From an uncultured Acidobacteriota bacterium (GTDB taxonomy: Bacteria; Acidobacteriota; Vicinamibacteria; Vicinamibacterales; UBA2999), in contig CAWEAM010000006.1 of the NCBI GenBank assembly GCA_963807105.1, forward strand, positions 90,292 through 154,291: a stretch of 64,000 nucleotides of DNA, written 5' to 3'. Below the pieces are notes generated by a model, which was given only the letters and a program-made list of their open reading frames with translations, ran no database searches and had not been told where the DNA came from. Position numbers and translations under genes: made by a program. Of the stretch, positions 48,293-57,266 are shown piece by piece (the stretch's first letter is position 1; every line of letters starts with the position of its first letter).

Positions 48293-50551
48293 TTACTTGC
48301 TGCCCGGCGCGCGGTGCGCTGGTCGTCGTCGCGGCGACCGTTCGGCGAGGCGAAGGCGATGTATTCGCCCGTGTAGCCGGCGCCGCTGACCGCGACGATG
48401 ATGTACTGACGGCCGTTGACCGAGTAGGTCATCGGTGATCCGCTGATCGGCGCGGGCATCCGCACTTCGCCAACCTGCTGACCGGTCTTCTTGTCGTAGG
48501 CGCGCAGGGTCGCTCCGCGCTGTCCGTCGCGCGTCGTGAACTGCGGGTCGCCTGCGACCACCAGCGTCTTGGTGACGAGCACGCCGACGCTGCCGCCCTG
48601 GCCGGTCTTCGGGATGTTGAGGCCCTTGAGCATCGGGTGGTTGCGCACGTTGTCCGGCGTGTCGCCGTGCGGGACCTGCCACAGGAGATCGCCCTTGTTG
48701 ACGTCGATGGCCGCCATGACGCCGTAAGGCGGCTTCACGATCGAGAGCCCGTCGAGGCCACGGCCGAGCGCCGCGCGCCCGCCCGCTCCGGGGAATCCGG
48801 CGCCAGGCGCCGCTGCTGCGCCGCCGCGTCCGCCCTGCGCACCCGCCGCGCCCGCTGCTGCGCCGCCGCGGCCCGCACCGGCTCCCGCGCCAGCCGCCGC
48901 GCCGCCACCGCGTCCGCCTTCAGGACGCAGACCGTAGTTCGGATCCGCTTCCCAGCGCGGCATGCGGTTCTTGACTGATATTCGGGGCTCACGCGATGGA
49001 ACTCTTCCTCGTCGTACTTCGCTGCCGTGACCGCCGAATTGCCGGCCTGCGTGTAGAAGATGCCGGTTTCGAGATCGAAGCCCGAGCCCGGCCAGTTGAC
49101 GCCTCCGCTCGTGTTGGCGATGTTGATCGCACCGAGCAGCTTCGACTGCGGACCCACAGGCGGCACGTAGGGTGACTGCTCCCAGCGGAACAGCTTGAGA
49201 TTCTCGAGCGCCTGCTTGCGCAGCTCCGGCGTGAAGTCGATGAGATCGTTCTCGGTCGACGTGCGTGCGCGAGTACGGTGGCGGCTTGCTCGGAATCGGC
49301 TGCGTCTTCGCGGTCTTTTCGACCGGGCACGCTGTCGTCGTTCGCTTGCGGGACCGGCCGTCTCCGGCATCGGCCAAATCGGTTGACCCGTGATGCGATC
49401 GAACACGTAGAGCCAACCCTGCTTCGAGGGCACGGCGATGACCTTGCGCGGCTTGCCGTCGATGGTCACGTCCATGAGCAGGCCGGGCGACGACATGTCG
49501 TGATCCCACAGCGGGTGATGCACGAACTGGAAGTGCCACTTCTTGACGCCGGTCTTGCAAGATCAACCGCGACCAGGCTCTCCGCATAGAGATTGTCGCC
49601 GCGGACGGTTGCCGCCGTACTCGTCGATGGTCGGCGTTTCAACCGGCAGATAGACGAGGCCGGCTTCGGGGTCGACGGTGATGTGCGTCCAGACGCCGGT
49701 GTTGCCGGTCCAGTCCCACGATCCGTTTTCCCACGTCTCGTGTCCGGGCTGGCCCGGCCCCGGCATCGTGTCGAAGCGCCAGAGCTGTTTGCCGGTGCGG
49801 ATGTCGAAGGCGCGCGACGAGGCCCTTGACGTTGGTGCTGTAGAGATAACCGAGGCCCTCGAACATCGACGATCCGCACGATCACCATGTCGTTGACGAT
49901 GAGTCGGCACGGCGTGCAAGCCGATTTCCGATTTCTCGAGGTCGGCCTGAATCTGCTTGCCGGTCTTGTTGTCGTAGACCATGACGCCGACCTTGAGGTC
50001 GATGACGCCCTTGTCGCCGAAGGTCGGAATCGGTTGGCCGGTCTTGGCGTTGAGCGAGATCGAGACGATAGCCGGTGGTGACGTAGATGACCCGATCGTC
50101 ACCTTTGCCGTCGGTCCAGTAAGCGACGCCGCGGCCCGACAGCTGACGCGGGGCCCAGCGCGTGGCGCGCTCGCCTTCGTCCATGCTGTATATCCACTTC
50201 TGCTCACCCGTCCGTGCATCCAAAGCGACGACCGCGCGACGCGTGCCGGCTGCCGCGTAGACCATGCCCTTCACCATGAATCGGCGTCGCACCGAGCTTG
50301 GTTTCCGGCCGCGGCCCGAGGTTATCGGTCTTGAATCGCCACGCGACTTCCATCTTGCTGAAGTTGGCGGCGTCGATCTGATCGAGCGGTGAATACTTAC
50401 TGCCCCGGATATCGGCGGTGTACATTGGCCACTCGCCGTTCCTGGTGCTCGGCATCGGGCTGGCTTGACCGGACACGAGCGGCGTGAGCCACGCGACTCC
50501 TGCGGCGAGCAGCGCCAACGCGGGAACGACTCGAATTGCGATGCGCTTCAT
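48293..50551 (-). CDS. PQQ-dependent dehydrogenase (glucose/quinate type, soluble periplasmic), many frameshifts
   Basis: Signal peptide; KYSPLDQID, RGVAYW, NLYAESLVAVD, HHPLWDHD, KQGWLYVFDR, KPPYG, GSPMTYSVNGRQYI. Confidence 0.9.
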
Positions 50552-50697
50552 TATTTACTCCTGGCACAGACCGGGTCGAGCGACGGGCGAGTCCCGGATA
50601 CGGGTGCACATCATAACGCGTTCGCAGACCGCCGTCCCAAGCAACCCAGCCGGATGTTGCAATTCGTGACAATTGGCCGGCCGGCGGAGCCCGTTAG

Positions 50698-51492
50698 GTG
50701 GAGATCCATCTGGTCGACGGGACGTATGAGCTGTTCCGGCATTACTACGCCGTTCCACCGGCCCGCGACAACCAGGGGCGGGAAATCGCGGCCGTTCGCG
50801 GTGTCGTGACGTCTCTTCGAGGACTGGTCCGCGGCGGCGCCACCCACGTCGGCGTTGCCACGGATCACGTCATCGAGTCGTTCCGCAACGCGTTATGGCC
50901 CGGCTACAAGACCGGCGTCGGCCTGCCGCACGACCTCGTCGCACAGTTTCAGCTGCTCGAGGACGAGCTCAGGCAGGCCGGCTTCACGGTGTGGCCGATG
51001 GTGGAGTTCGAGGCCGACGACGCGCTGGCGGCTGCGGCCGTCACGGCAGCCGCCGATTCGCGGGTGGACCGTGTCGTCATCTGCACGCCCGACAAGGACC
51101 TCGCGCAGTCGGTCCGCGGCAGCCGGATCGTGCAGCTGAACCGGCGCACGCGCGCCGTGCTCGACGAGGCGGGGGTGATTGGCAAGTTCGGTGTGCCGCC
51201 GGTGTCGATTCCCGATTACCTGGCGCTCGTCGGCGACACCGCCGACGGCTACCCGGGGCTTGCGGGGTGGGGGGCGAAGTCGACGGCGGCCGTCCTCGCG
51301 AAATACGGCCATATCGAGGCCATCCCGGCCGACTGGCGGGAGTGGCGGGTCAACGCCACAGCAGCATCGGCGTTGTCGGCCACGCTTGCGCGCGAGCGCG
51401 ACAACGCCTTGCTGTTCCGCACGCTCGCGACGCTGCGCACCGACATCGATCTCTTCGCCTCGATCGACGAGCTGCGCGTCACGATCGCGTAG
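50698..51492 (+). CDS. Stand-alone 5'-3' exonuclease / flap endonuclease
   Basis: LVDGTYELFR, FRNALWPGYK, EADD, PDKD, LALVGDTADGYPGLAGWGAKS. Confidence 0.93.
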   Translation: MEIHLVDGTYELFRHYYAVPPARDNQGREIAAVRGVVTSLRGLVRGGATHVGVATDHVIESFRNALWPGYKTGVGLPHDLVAQFQLLEDELRQAGFTVWPMVEFEADDALAAAAVTAAADSRVDRVVICTPDKDLAQSVRGSRIVQLNRRTRAVLDEAGVIGKFGVPPVSIPDYLALVGDTADGYPGLAGWGAKSTAAVLAKYGHIEAIPADWREWRVNATAASALSATLARERDNALLFRTLATLRTDIDLFASIDELRVTIA

Positions 51493-51495
51493 CGG

Positions 51496-52011
51496 TCACG
51501 CGAACGGGTTTTCGTCGGCCGTGGGACCGTAGACCGAGGGCAGCGGCACGTCGAGCAGGCGGAGGTAGACGGTCAGCTGGCCGCGGTGGTGGTACCAATG
51601 ATTGAGCATGATGCTGCGCACCATGCCGATGCGCGGCAGCGACATCAGCGTTCGCTCCCCACTTTTGAGACTCCACTCGTTCATCAGGCCCTGGTCGCCC
51701 CACGTCGAGAGTCGCGACTTTGCGTGCGCGATCTGTGTGTCGAGTGTGTCGAGGACTTCGGCTTTCGATGCCGCCTCGGGTTGAATACCCTTCGGCGGTT
51801 CACGCGGCGTTTCGTGAATCAGCTCCGCCACCGCGCCCGGCACCTGGGCGATGTGCAGCGCAAGCTGGCCGAGCGACATCGATTTGGCGTGCGGCTTCCA
51901 CGACAGCTTGTCCTCGGGCACGCGTTCGAGCAGGCGGCGTGTCGTTGCCGCTTCGTGGGTCAATTCGTCGATGAAGGTGCTGGTGAGTGTCACGGTATTC
52001 GTGAGCGTCAT
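51496..52011 (-). CDS. DinB family protein
   Basis: WKPHAKSMSLGQLALHIA, NHWYHHRGQLTVYLR, PSVYGPTAD. Confidence 0.92.
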   Translation of the reverse strand: MTLTNTVTLTSTFIDELTHEAATTRRLLERVPEDKLSWKPHAKSMSLGQLALHIAQVPGAVAELIHETPREPPKGIQPEAASKAEVLDTLDTQIAHAKSRLSTWGDQGLMNEWSLKSGERTLMSLPRIGMVRSIMLNHWYHHRGQLTVYLRLLDVPLPSVYGPTADENPFA

Positions 52012-52631
52012 GATCGTTTCGCTCCTTTCCTGGGTGTTGAAAGAATCCGTCCGGCGATGAGGTCCCTGACCTGTGTCAGGCTGCGCTGAATGACGGTTGG
52101 ATCCTGTGACGCCTTCGCGAGGATCAGCGAGCCCTGGATGGTGACCATCCAGAGCGTGGCGAGCTCGGAGGTATCGATGCGGGGCCGCGCGGCGCGGCAG
52201 GCCTGGTCGAGCAGCGCGCGAAAGCGTCCAACGGCGTTGACGAAGCAGAGGTTTGCGGCATCACGCAGCGCCGCGTTGGTGTCGGCCACCTCCTGAACGG
52301 TGGTGCCTGCGAGGCACGAGGCCACCATGTCGGGCGTGGCGAGCACGGCGATGTAGAAGTCCATGAATCCCAGCGCCCGCTGGCGCGGGTCGGTCACCTG
52401 CTGAAAAGGGGCGTTCGATTCCATCGCGGCGGCGTCTGCGTCCCACTGGGCGAGGCAGGCGCCGACGAGGTCGTCCTTGGTCTTGAAGTGGTGGAAGAAC
52501 GCACCCTTGGTGAGCCCGGCGCGGGCGCAGATGTCGTCGACGCTGGTCGCGGAGTAGCCGTTACGGCGAATCAGCTCGGTGGCCACGCCGATGAACTTCT
52601 CGCGGGTGGCGGCGCCGCGATCCAGGGCCAT
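52008..52631 (-). CDS. TetR/AcrR family transcriptional regulator
   Basis: GYSATSVDDICARAGLTKGAFFHHFKTKDDL. Stop overlaps the DinB start. Confidence 0.93.
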   Translation of the reverse strand: MALDRGAATREKFIGVATELIRRNGYSATSVDDICARAGLTKGAFFHHFKTKDDLVGACLAQWDADAAAMESNAPFQQVTDPRQRALGFMDFYIAVLATPDMVASCLAGTTVQEVADTNAALRDAANLCFVNAVGRFRALLDQACRAARPRIDTSELATLWMVTIQGSLILAKASQDPTVIQRSLTQVRDLIAGRILSTPRKGAKRS

Positions 52632-52637
52632 GACGGC

Positions 52638-52667
52638 ACAATACCAACCAGTTGGTATGCGTGTCAA
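52638..52667 (-). promoter_or_regulatory. Sigma-70 promoter with a perfect palindromic operator for tetR-dinB
   Basis: TTGACA (52667-52662), 18-nt spacer, TATTGT (52643-52638); palindrome ATACCAAC-CA-GTTGGTAT at 52641-52658. Confidence 0.8.
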
Positions 52668-52683
52668 GGCACCTCAGGCCTCT

Positions 52684-53013
52684 TCAGGTTCCGAGTACTT
52701 TTTGAATCGCGAGTACCACGCGGTCGAATTCCTTGCGCTCGGCGACCAGTTGTTTGCGGCCGGCGGCGGTGAGCGTGTAGTAGCGTGCGCGGCGGTTGTT
52801 ATCCGAGACTCCCCACTCCGCCTTCGCCCAGCCGTTGAGCAGCAGCCGCTGCAGCGCCGGGTAGAGTGAGCTCTCGCCGACCTGCAGCACGTCGCCGGAC
52901 GCGGCGCGCAAGTGCTCGGCGATGCCGTAGCCGTGCATCGAACCGAAGACGAGCGTGCGCAGGATCAACAGGTCGAGCGTACCGGGCAGCAGGTCGGGCG
53001 CATCGCTTCCCAT
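52684..53013 (-). CDS. PadR family regulator (acidobacterial type)
   Basis: LLPGTLDLLILRTL, MHGYGIA, SLYPALQRL, NNRRARYYTLTAAGRKQL. Confidence 0.95.
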   Translation of the reverse strand: MGSDAPDLLPGTLDLLILRTLVFGSMHGYGIAEHLRAASGDVLQVGESSLYPALQRLLLNGWAKAEWGVSDNNRRARYYTLTAAGRKQLVAERKEFDRVVLAIQKVLGT

Positions 53014-53085
53014 CGTCTGGCGATGGGAGTGTCGCGCGCGGCGCCCGCGCTGTCAAGACGCCGTCGCCGCAGCGACGGATGAGCG

Positions 53086-55497
53086 TCACTCGGAGCGGAG
53101 CGCAATCAGCGGATCAACGGACGTCGCGCGGCGGGTCGGGATGTAGCTGGCGAGCGCAGCGAGGGCAATCAGAAACAGCGACGCGCCGCTGAATGTCATC
53201 GGATCGGTCGGCGTGATGTTGTAGAGGAGCGATCCGATCACGCGCGTAACGCCAAACGATCCAACCAGGCCTGCGGCGATGCCGATGCCCGCCAGCCTGA
53301 GGCCCTGACCGACGATGAGCAGAATCACGTCGCGGCGTGCGGCGCCGAGCGCAACGCGCACCCCAATCTCCTGCGTGCGCTGCGACACGGCATACGCGAG
53401 CAAGCCGTAGACCCCGGTCACCGCGAGCATCAGCGCGACGACGCCGAAAGCCGTGAACAGCCAGCCGAACATCCCGAATTGCCACGAGCCCAGGCGCCTG
53501 TTCTCCTCCATGGTCCGGACGTTGAAAAGCGGAATGCCGGAATCGGCGCGCCGGACCTCTTCGCGCACCGCGGAGGTGATTGCGGCGGGGTCGCCAGAGG
53601 CGACGCGGATTGTCAGGCCGGTGTTCGCGGTCGCCGCGTAGGGCAGCGGCACGTACGCCTGCGAGACCTTCTCGTCGCCCGGCTCGACCGCGCGATGGCG
53701 AATGTCGCGCACGACGCCGATGATGGTGAACGCCTCGGGGATCGCCGGGTCCTTCACGCGGAACTGCCTCCCGATCGCATCGTCGTTGGGCCAGAATCGC
53801 GCGGCCATCGTCTCGTTGATCACCGCGACGGGCTGGCGAGCCTGGCCCTCGGCGTCGGTCAGGCTGCGGCCGCGGATCACCGGGATGCCGAGCGTCTCGA
53901 ACAGGTGAGGCGTGACGGCGTTGAAGCCGAAGAAGGGCTCCTCCCCCGACGGGAACGCACGGCCGTCGATCAACAGGCGACTGCCGCCGCCGCCGCCACT
54001 CAGCGGCACGAGATTCGACGCGAATGCGGCGGTGACGCCGGGAAGGCTCTCGACGCGGCGCACGAGGTCGTCGATCCGCCTGGCGCGCGCGTCCTCGGCC
54101 GCGTACGCCTCGCCGGTGAGATAGAAGCGCAGCGTCATCAGCGGCCCCGGGTCGAAGCCCACGTCGGCGCTGCGCAGGTTGATGAAGCTGCGCATGAAAA
54201 GCGACGCGCCGACGAGCAGAATCAGCGACAGCGCCACTTCCGCGACGACGAGCGCTCCGCGCAGCCCGGTGCGGGGACCAACGCTGCCGCGTCCGCCTTC
54301 CTTGAGGGTGCTCTGAAGATTCAGCCGAACGGTTTGCACCGCCGGCGCCAGGCCGAACACGATTCCGGTGACGAGCGCGATGCCAATCGTGTAGAGCAGG
54401 ACCGCCGTGTTGATCTCCCAGTGAATGAGATAGGGGATGTCGTCCGGCGGGATCGAGCGGCGCATCAGCTCGTTGCCGACGTAGGCGATCGCGACGCCAG
54501 GCGGCACCGCGAGCATCGAGAGCATCACGGCTTCGGTCAGCAGCTGCCGCGCTATTCGCAGCCGGCCCGCGCCGATGGCCGCGCGAATCGAGATCTCGCG
54601 CTGCCGTGCGGCGGCGCGCGCGAGCATCAGGTTGGCGACGTTGGCGCAGGCGATGATCAACACGAGCGTCACCGCCCCCATCATCGTGAGCACGACGAGG
54701 CGGACCTCGTCGGGAATGAAGCTGTCTTCGATCGGCCGCGCCACGCCGGTCCAGCGATCGTTCGCCGCCGGATACTCGCGCGCAAGGGCGGCCGTGATCG
54801 CTTTCAGCTCCTCGCGTGCGGCCTCGATCGACACGCCGGGTACAAGGCGCGCGATCGTCATCAATCCGCGCCGGTCGCGCGGCTCCTGGTAGACGAGCGG
54901 CTCGAGCGGCACCCACACCTTCTGGAACATCGGGAACTCGAAGTCCGGCGGCATGACGCCGATAATCGTGTGCGGACGGCCGTTGACCAGCAGCGCGCGG
55001 CCGACGATCGAGGGGTCGGCGCGGTAACGGACGCGCCAGATCTCGTCGCTCAAGAGGACCACCGGCTCCGCGCCGGGACGGTCGTCGCTAGCGACGAAGT
55101 CGCGGCCAAGAGCCGGCGCCACGCCGAGCGTCGAGAAAAGCTCCCAGGACACCGCCGCGCCGTCGTAGCGTTCCGCGTCTCCCCGGTCGGCGATCGCGAG
55201 GCTGCGGAACTGGATGCCGGCCATCGCCGAAAACAATCGGCTGCGCTCGCGCCAATCCTCGAGGTTGGCGAACGAAAGGCCCGATCGCCGAATCCCGCTG
55301 GGCGGGTGCGACTCGTTCAGTTCGATCAGGCGATCGGGATCAGCGAAGGGCAGCGGCTGGACGAGCACGCCGTCCACGACGCTGAAGATCATCGTGTTGA
55401 CGCCGATGGCCAGCGCCAGGCAGATCGTCGCGACGGCGGTGAAGCCTGGATTGAAGCGGAGCGTCCGGGCCGCGTAGCGGACGTCCTGGAGGAACAC
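53086..55497 (-). CDS. ADOP-family duplicated ABC transporter permease
   Basis: QDVRYAARTL, IACANVANLMLAR, QRTQEIGVRVALGA, PTRRATSVDPLIALRSE. Confidence 0.95.
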   Translation of the reverse strand: MFLQDVRYAARTLRFNPGFTAVATICLALAIGVNTMIFSVVDGVLVQPLPFADPDRLIELNESHPPSGIRRSGLSFANLEDWRERSRLFSAMAGIQFRSLAIADRGDAERYDGAAVSWELFSTLGVAPALGRDFVASDDRPGAEPVVLLSDEIWRVRYRADPSIVGRALLVNGRPHTIIGVMPPDFEFPMFQKVWVPLEPLVYQEPRDRRGLMTIARLVPGVSIEAAREELKAITAALAREYPAANDRWTGVARPIEDSFIPDEVRLVVLTMMGAVTLVLIIACANVANLMLARAAARQREISIRAAIGAGRLRIARQLLTEAVMLSMLAVPPGVAIAYVGNELMRRSIPPDDIPYLIHWEINTAVLLYTIGIALVTGIVFGLAPAVQTVRLNLQSTLKEGGRGSVGPRTGLRGALVVAEVALSLILLVGASLFMRSFINLRSADVGFDPGPLMTLRFYLTGEAYAAEDARARRIDDLVRRVESLPGVTAAFASNLVPLSGGGGGSRLLIDGRAFPSGEEPFFGFNAVTPHLFETLGIPVIRGRSLTDAEGQARQPVAVINETMAARFWPNDDAIGRQFRVKDPAIPEAFTIIGVVRDIRHRAVEPGDEKVSQAYVPLPYAATANTGLTIRVASGDPAAITSAVREEVRRADSGIPLFNVRTMEENRRLGSWQFGMFGWLFTAFGVVALMLAVTGVYGLLAYAVSQRTQEIGVRVALGAARRDVILLIVGQGLRLAGIGIAAGLVGSFGVTRVIGSLLYNITPTDPMTFSGASLFLIALAALASYIPTRRATSVDPLIALRSE

Positions 55498-55555
55498 GGG
55501 AGATTAGACGGCCGCCGATTGTCAGGTGTTCAACCGTTGGGAAATATCTGTGTCA

Positions 55556-55720
55556 GCGACGACAGAAGACACGAAACCACAGACAAGCCGTGCTTGGGAT
55601 TCGCCAGTGTCCGCGGCCCGTGCCTGCCAGAACCGCCCGGTACTCTGGTTTTCAGTGTTCTCGGTGGCCAAGCAATGTCTGGGTCGGAAGGCACTCAAGT
55701 CACCCTCAGGCACCCACCCG
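55556..55720. repeat. Degenerate intergenic palindromic / 9-nt periodic repeats
   Basis: GACAGAAGACACGAAACCACAGA versus CTCTGGTTTTCAGTGTTCTCGGTGG; then AGGCACTCA-AGTCACCCTC-AGGCACCC, similar to the 11.9-kb repeat. Confidence 0.45.
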
Positions 55721-56790
55721 ATTCAGGTACTCACTGAAGATCCGCTGAATCTCGTCGCGCGTGTTGGCCTTGGTGAGCGCGAGCATCAGCAGCACGCGCG
55801 CTTTGACCGGGATGTGATCCTCCGCGGCGACGGTGAACTGCCGCCGGCGCAGCTGCTCGTCGGTTGGCTCGAAGCCGGGAACGGCGCCCCGGGATGGCGG
55901 CGGCGCGATTCTTCCCGCCCCGGTTCGCGTGCTGGTCACGATGAACACCCCCTTCTGCGCCGCGTAGGCGAGTCCCTCGTTTTGTGTGCCGCTGGTGGCT
56001 CCCGCGCCTGCCGTCGCCATCACGATCCCCCTGGCGCCGGCGTCCACGGCCGCCTTGATCAGATCGCCCGGCGCGCTCTGGTAGACCATGATCACGTCGA
56101 CGCGCGGCAGCTCCGTGACGAGCGACACGTCGAACTCGCTCTTCGCCGTGTGGCGCTGAAGTAGCTCGCGGAAGAAGACCACGCGATCGCTGTCGATCAC
56201 GCCGAGAAGGCCGTGCGTGCGGCTCTGAAAGGTCTGGAGGCGATGCGCGTCCGTCTTGGTGACGTCGCGCGCCGAGTTGATTTCGTCGTTGAGCACAACG
56301 AGGGCGCCCTTGTCGCGGGCCGCCGGGTCGGCGGCGACCCGGACACCTTCGAGCAGGTTGGCCGGACCCTCATAACCGATGGTGCTCGCATTCCGCATCG
56401 CACCGACGACGACCACGGGACGCGGGTCGCGGACGGTGAGGTGCAGGAAAAAGGCCGTCTCCTCGAGCGTATCGGTGCCGCTCGTGACGACGACGCCGGC
56501 GAGCTCTTTGTCGCTGGCGAACAGCTCGTTGATCCGCCTCGAGAGCTGCAGCCACTGCGCCACCGTCAGCTCGCTGCTGGCGACGTTGGAGAACTGCTCG
56601 GAGGTGAGCCGCGCGTATCTCTCGACGCCCGGCATCGTCTTGACGAGATCGTCGGCGGTCAGCCGTCCGCCCGTGGCGGTTCGAAATCGTCCCGCCAGTC
56701 GCGATGAAGTGCACGTGAGGCGACGGTGGCCGGCTGGGCATGGATCGCGATCGTCCAAAGGAGGAAGAGCGCCACAACGGCTTTGTTCAT
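55706..56790 (-). CDS. Type II L-asparaginase, secreted, frameshifts near the 5' end
   Basis: Signal peptide MNKAVVALFLL; HFIATGGTIS, SGTDTLEETAF, VVGAMR, KARVLLMLAL. Confidence 0.9.
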
Positions 56791-57000
56791 TGTCTGGTGG
56801 TGCGCGTTATACACCAGCGACAGCCAACGGCTCAGCTCTTTCGCCGCCTCTTCGGGCGTCGGGCCATAAAACGGCATGAGCGCGGTTGGCATGCCCGGCA
56901 GGCGCGCGATCTGCGCGCGCCATCGAGTGGTCGTCAGCGGCCGGACTTCGATCAGATAGGTCCGGCCGGCGATGTGCTGCTCGTAGCGATGGACGTTCAC
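56791..57000 (-). CDS. Small hypothetical protein (about 70 aa)
   Basis: GTG start, NVHRYEQHIAGRTYLIEV...TALMPFYGPTPEEAAKELSRWL. It reads in frame into the asparaginase start, so the stop is probably obscured by an indel. Confidence 0.6.
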
Positions 57001-57159
57001 GGTTTGGGTCGGACGCGAGGGGACGCGTCGGACGCGCAAAATGTCGCACGAGCGTCACATCGCCGCAAGCGAAGCGCGCGCGCGAAAATCGCGCGCCGGG
57101 GGAGTTGGTCGCAGGACTTTAGGCGCGCAAGCGCGCAGGAAATTTTTTTTCCTGTCCAA

Positions 57160-57201
57160 GCGTCCACAGCGTTTCCACTTTTCATCCACAGGTTTTCCAC
57201 A
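57160..57201 (+). promoter_or_regulatory. Four DnaA-box-like 9-mers with exact 11-bp periodicity
   Basis: GCGTCCACA (57160), GTTTCCACT (57171), TCATCCACA (57182), TTTTCCACA (57193; matches TTWTNCACA). Confidence 0.55.
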
Positions 57202-57266
57202 CGTCCGCGTCTGCCTGCCATACAGTCGCGGCTTGACGGTGCGGATACGCGCCACTACGCTGACTA

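Noticed and set aside
47815-49587. 590-aa ORF fusing the PQQ dehydrogenase tail to a secreted protein
   Set aside because: Artefact of frameshifts; a terminator and a separate RBS/ATG lie between the two genes.
53479-55737. Long antisense ORFs (also 1830-2624, 14434-15975, 16545-18254, 24565-26418, 28845-30578)
   Set aside because: Shadow frames of high-GC genes with no recognisable motifs.
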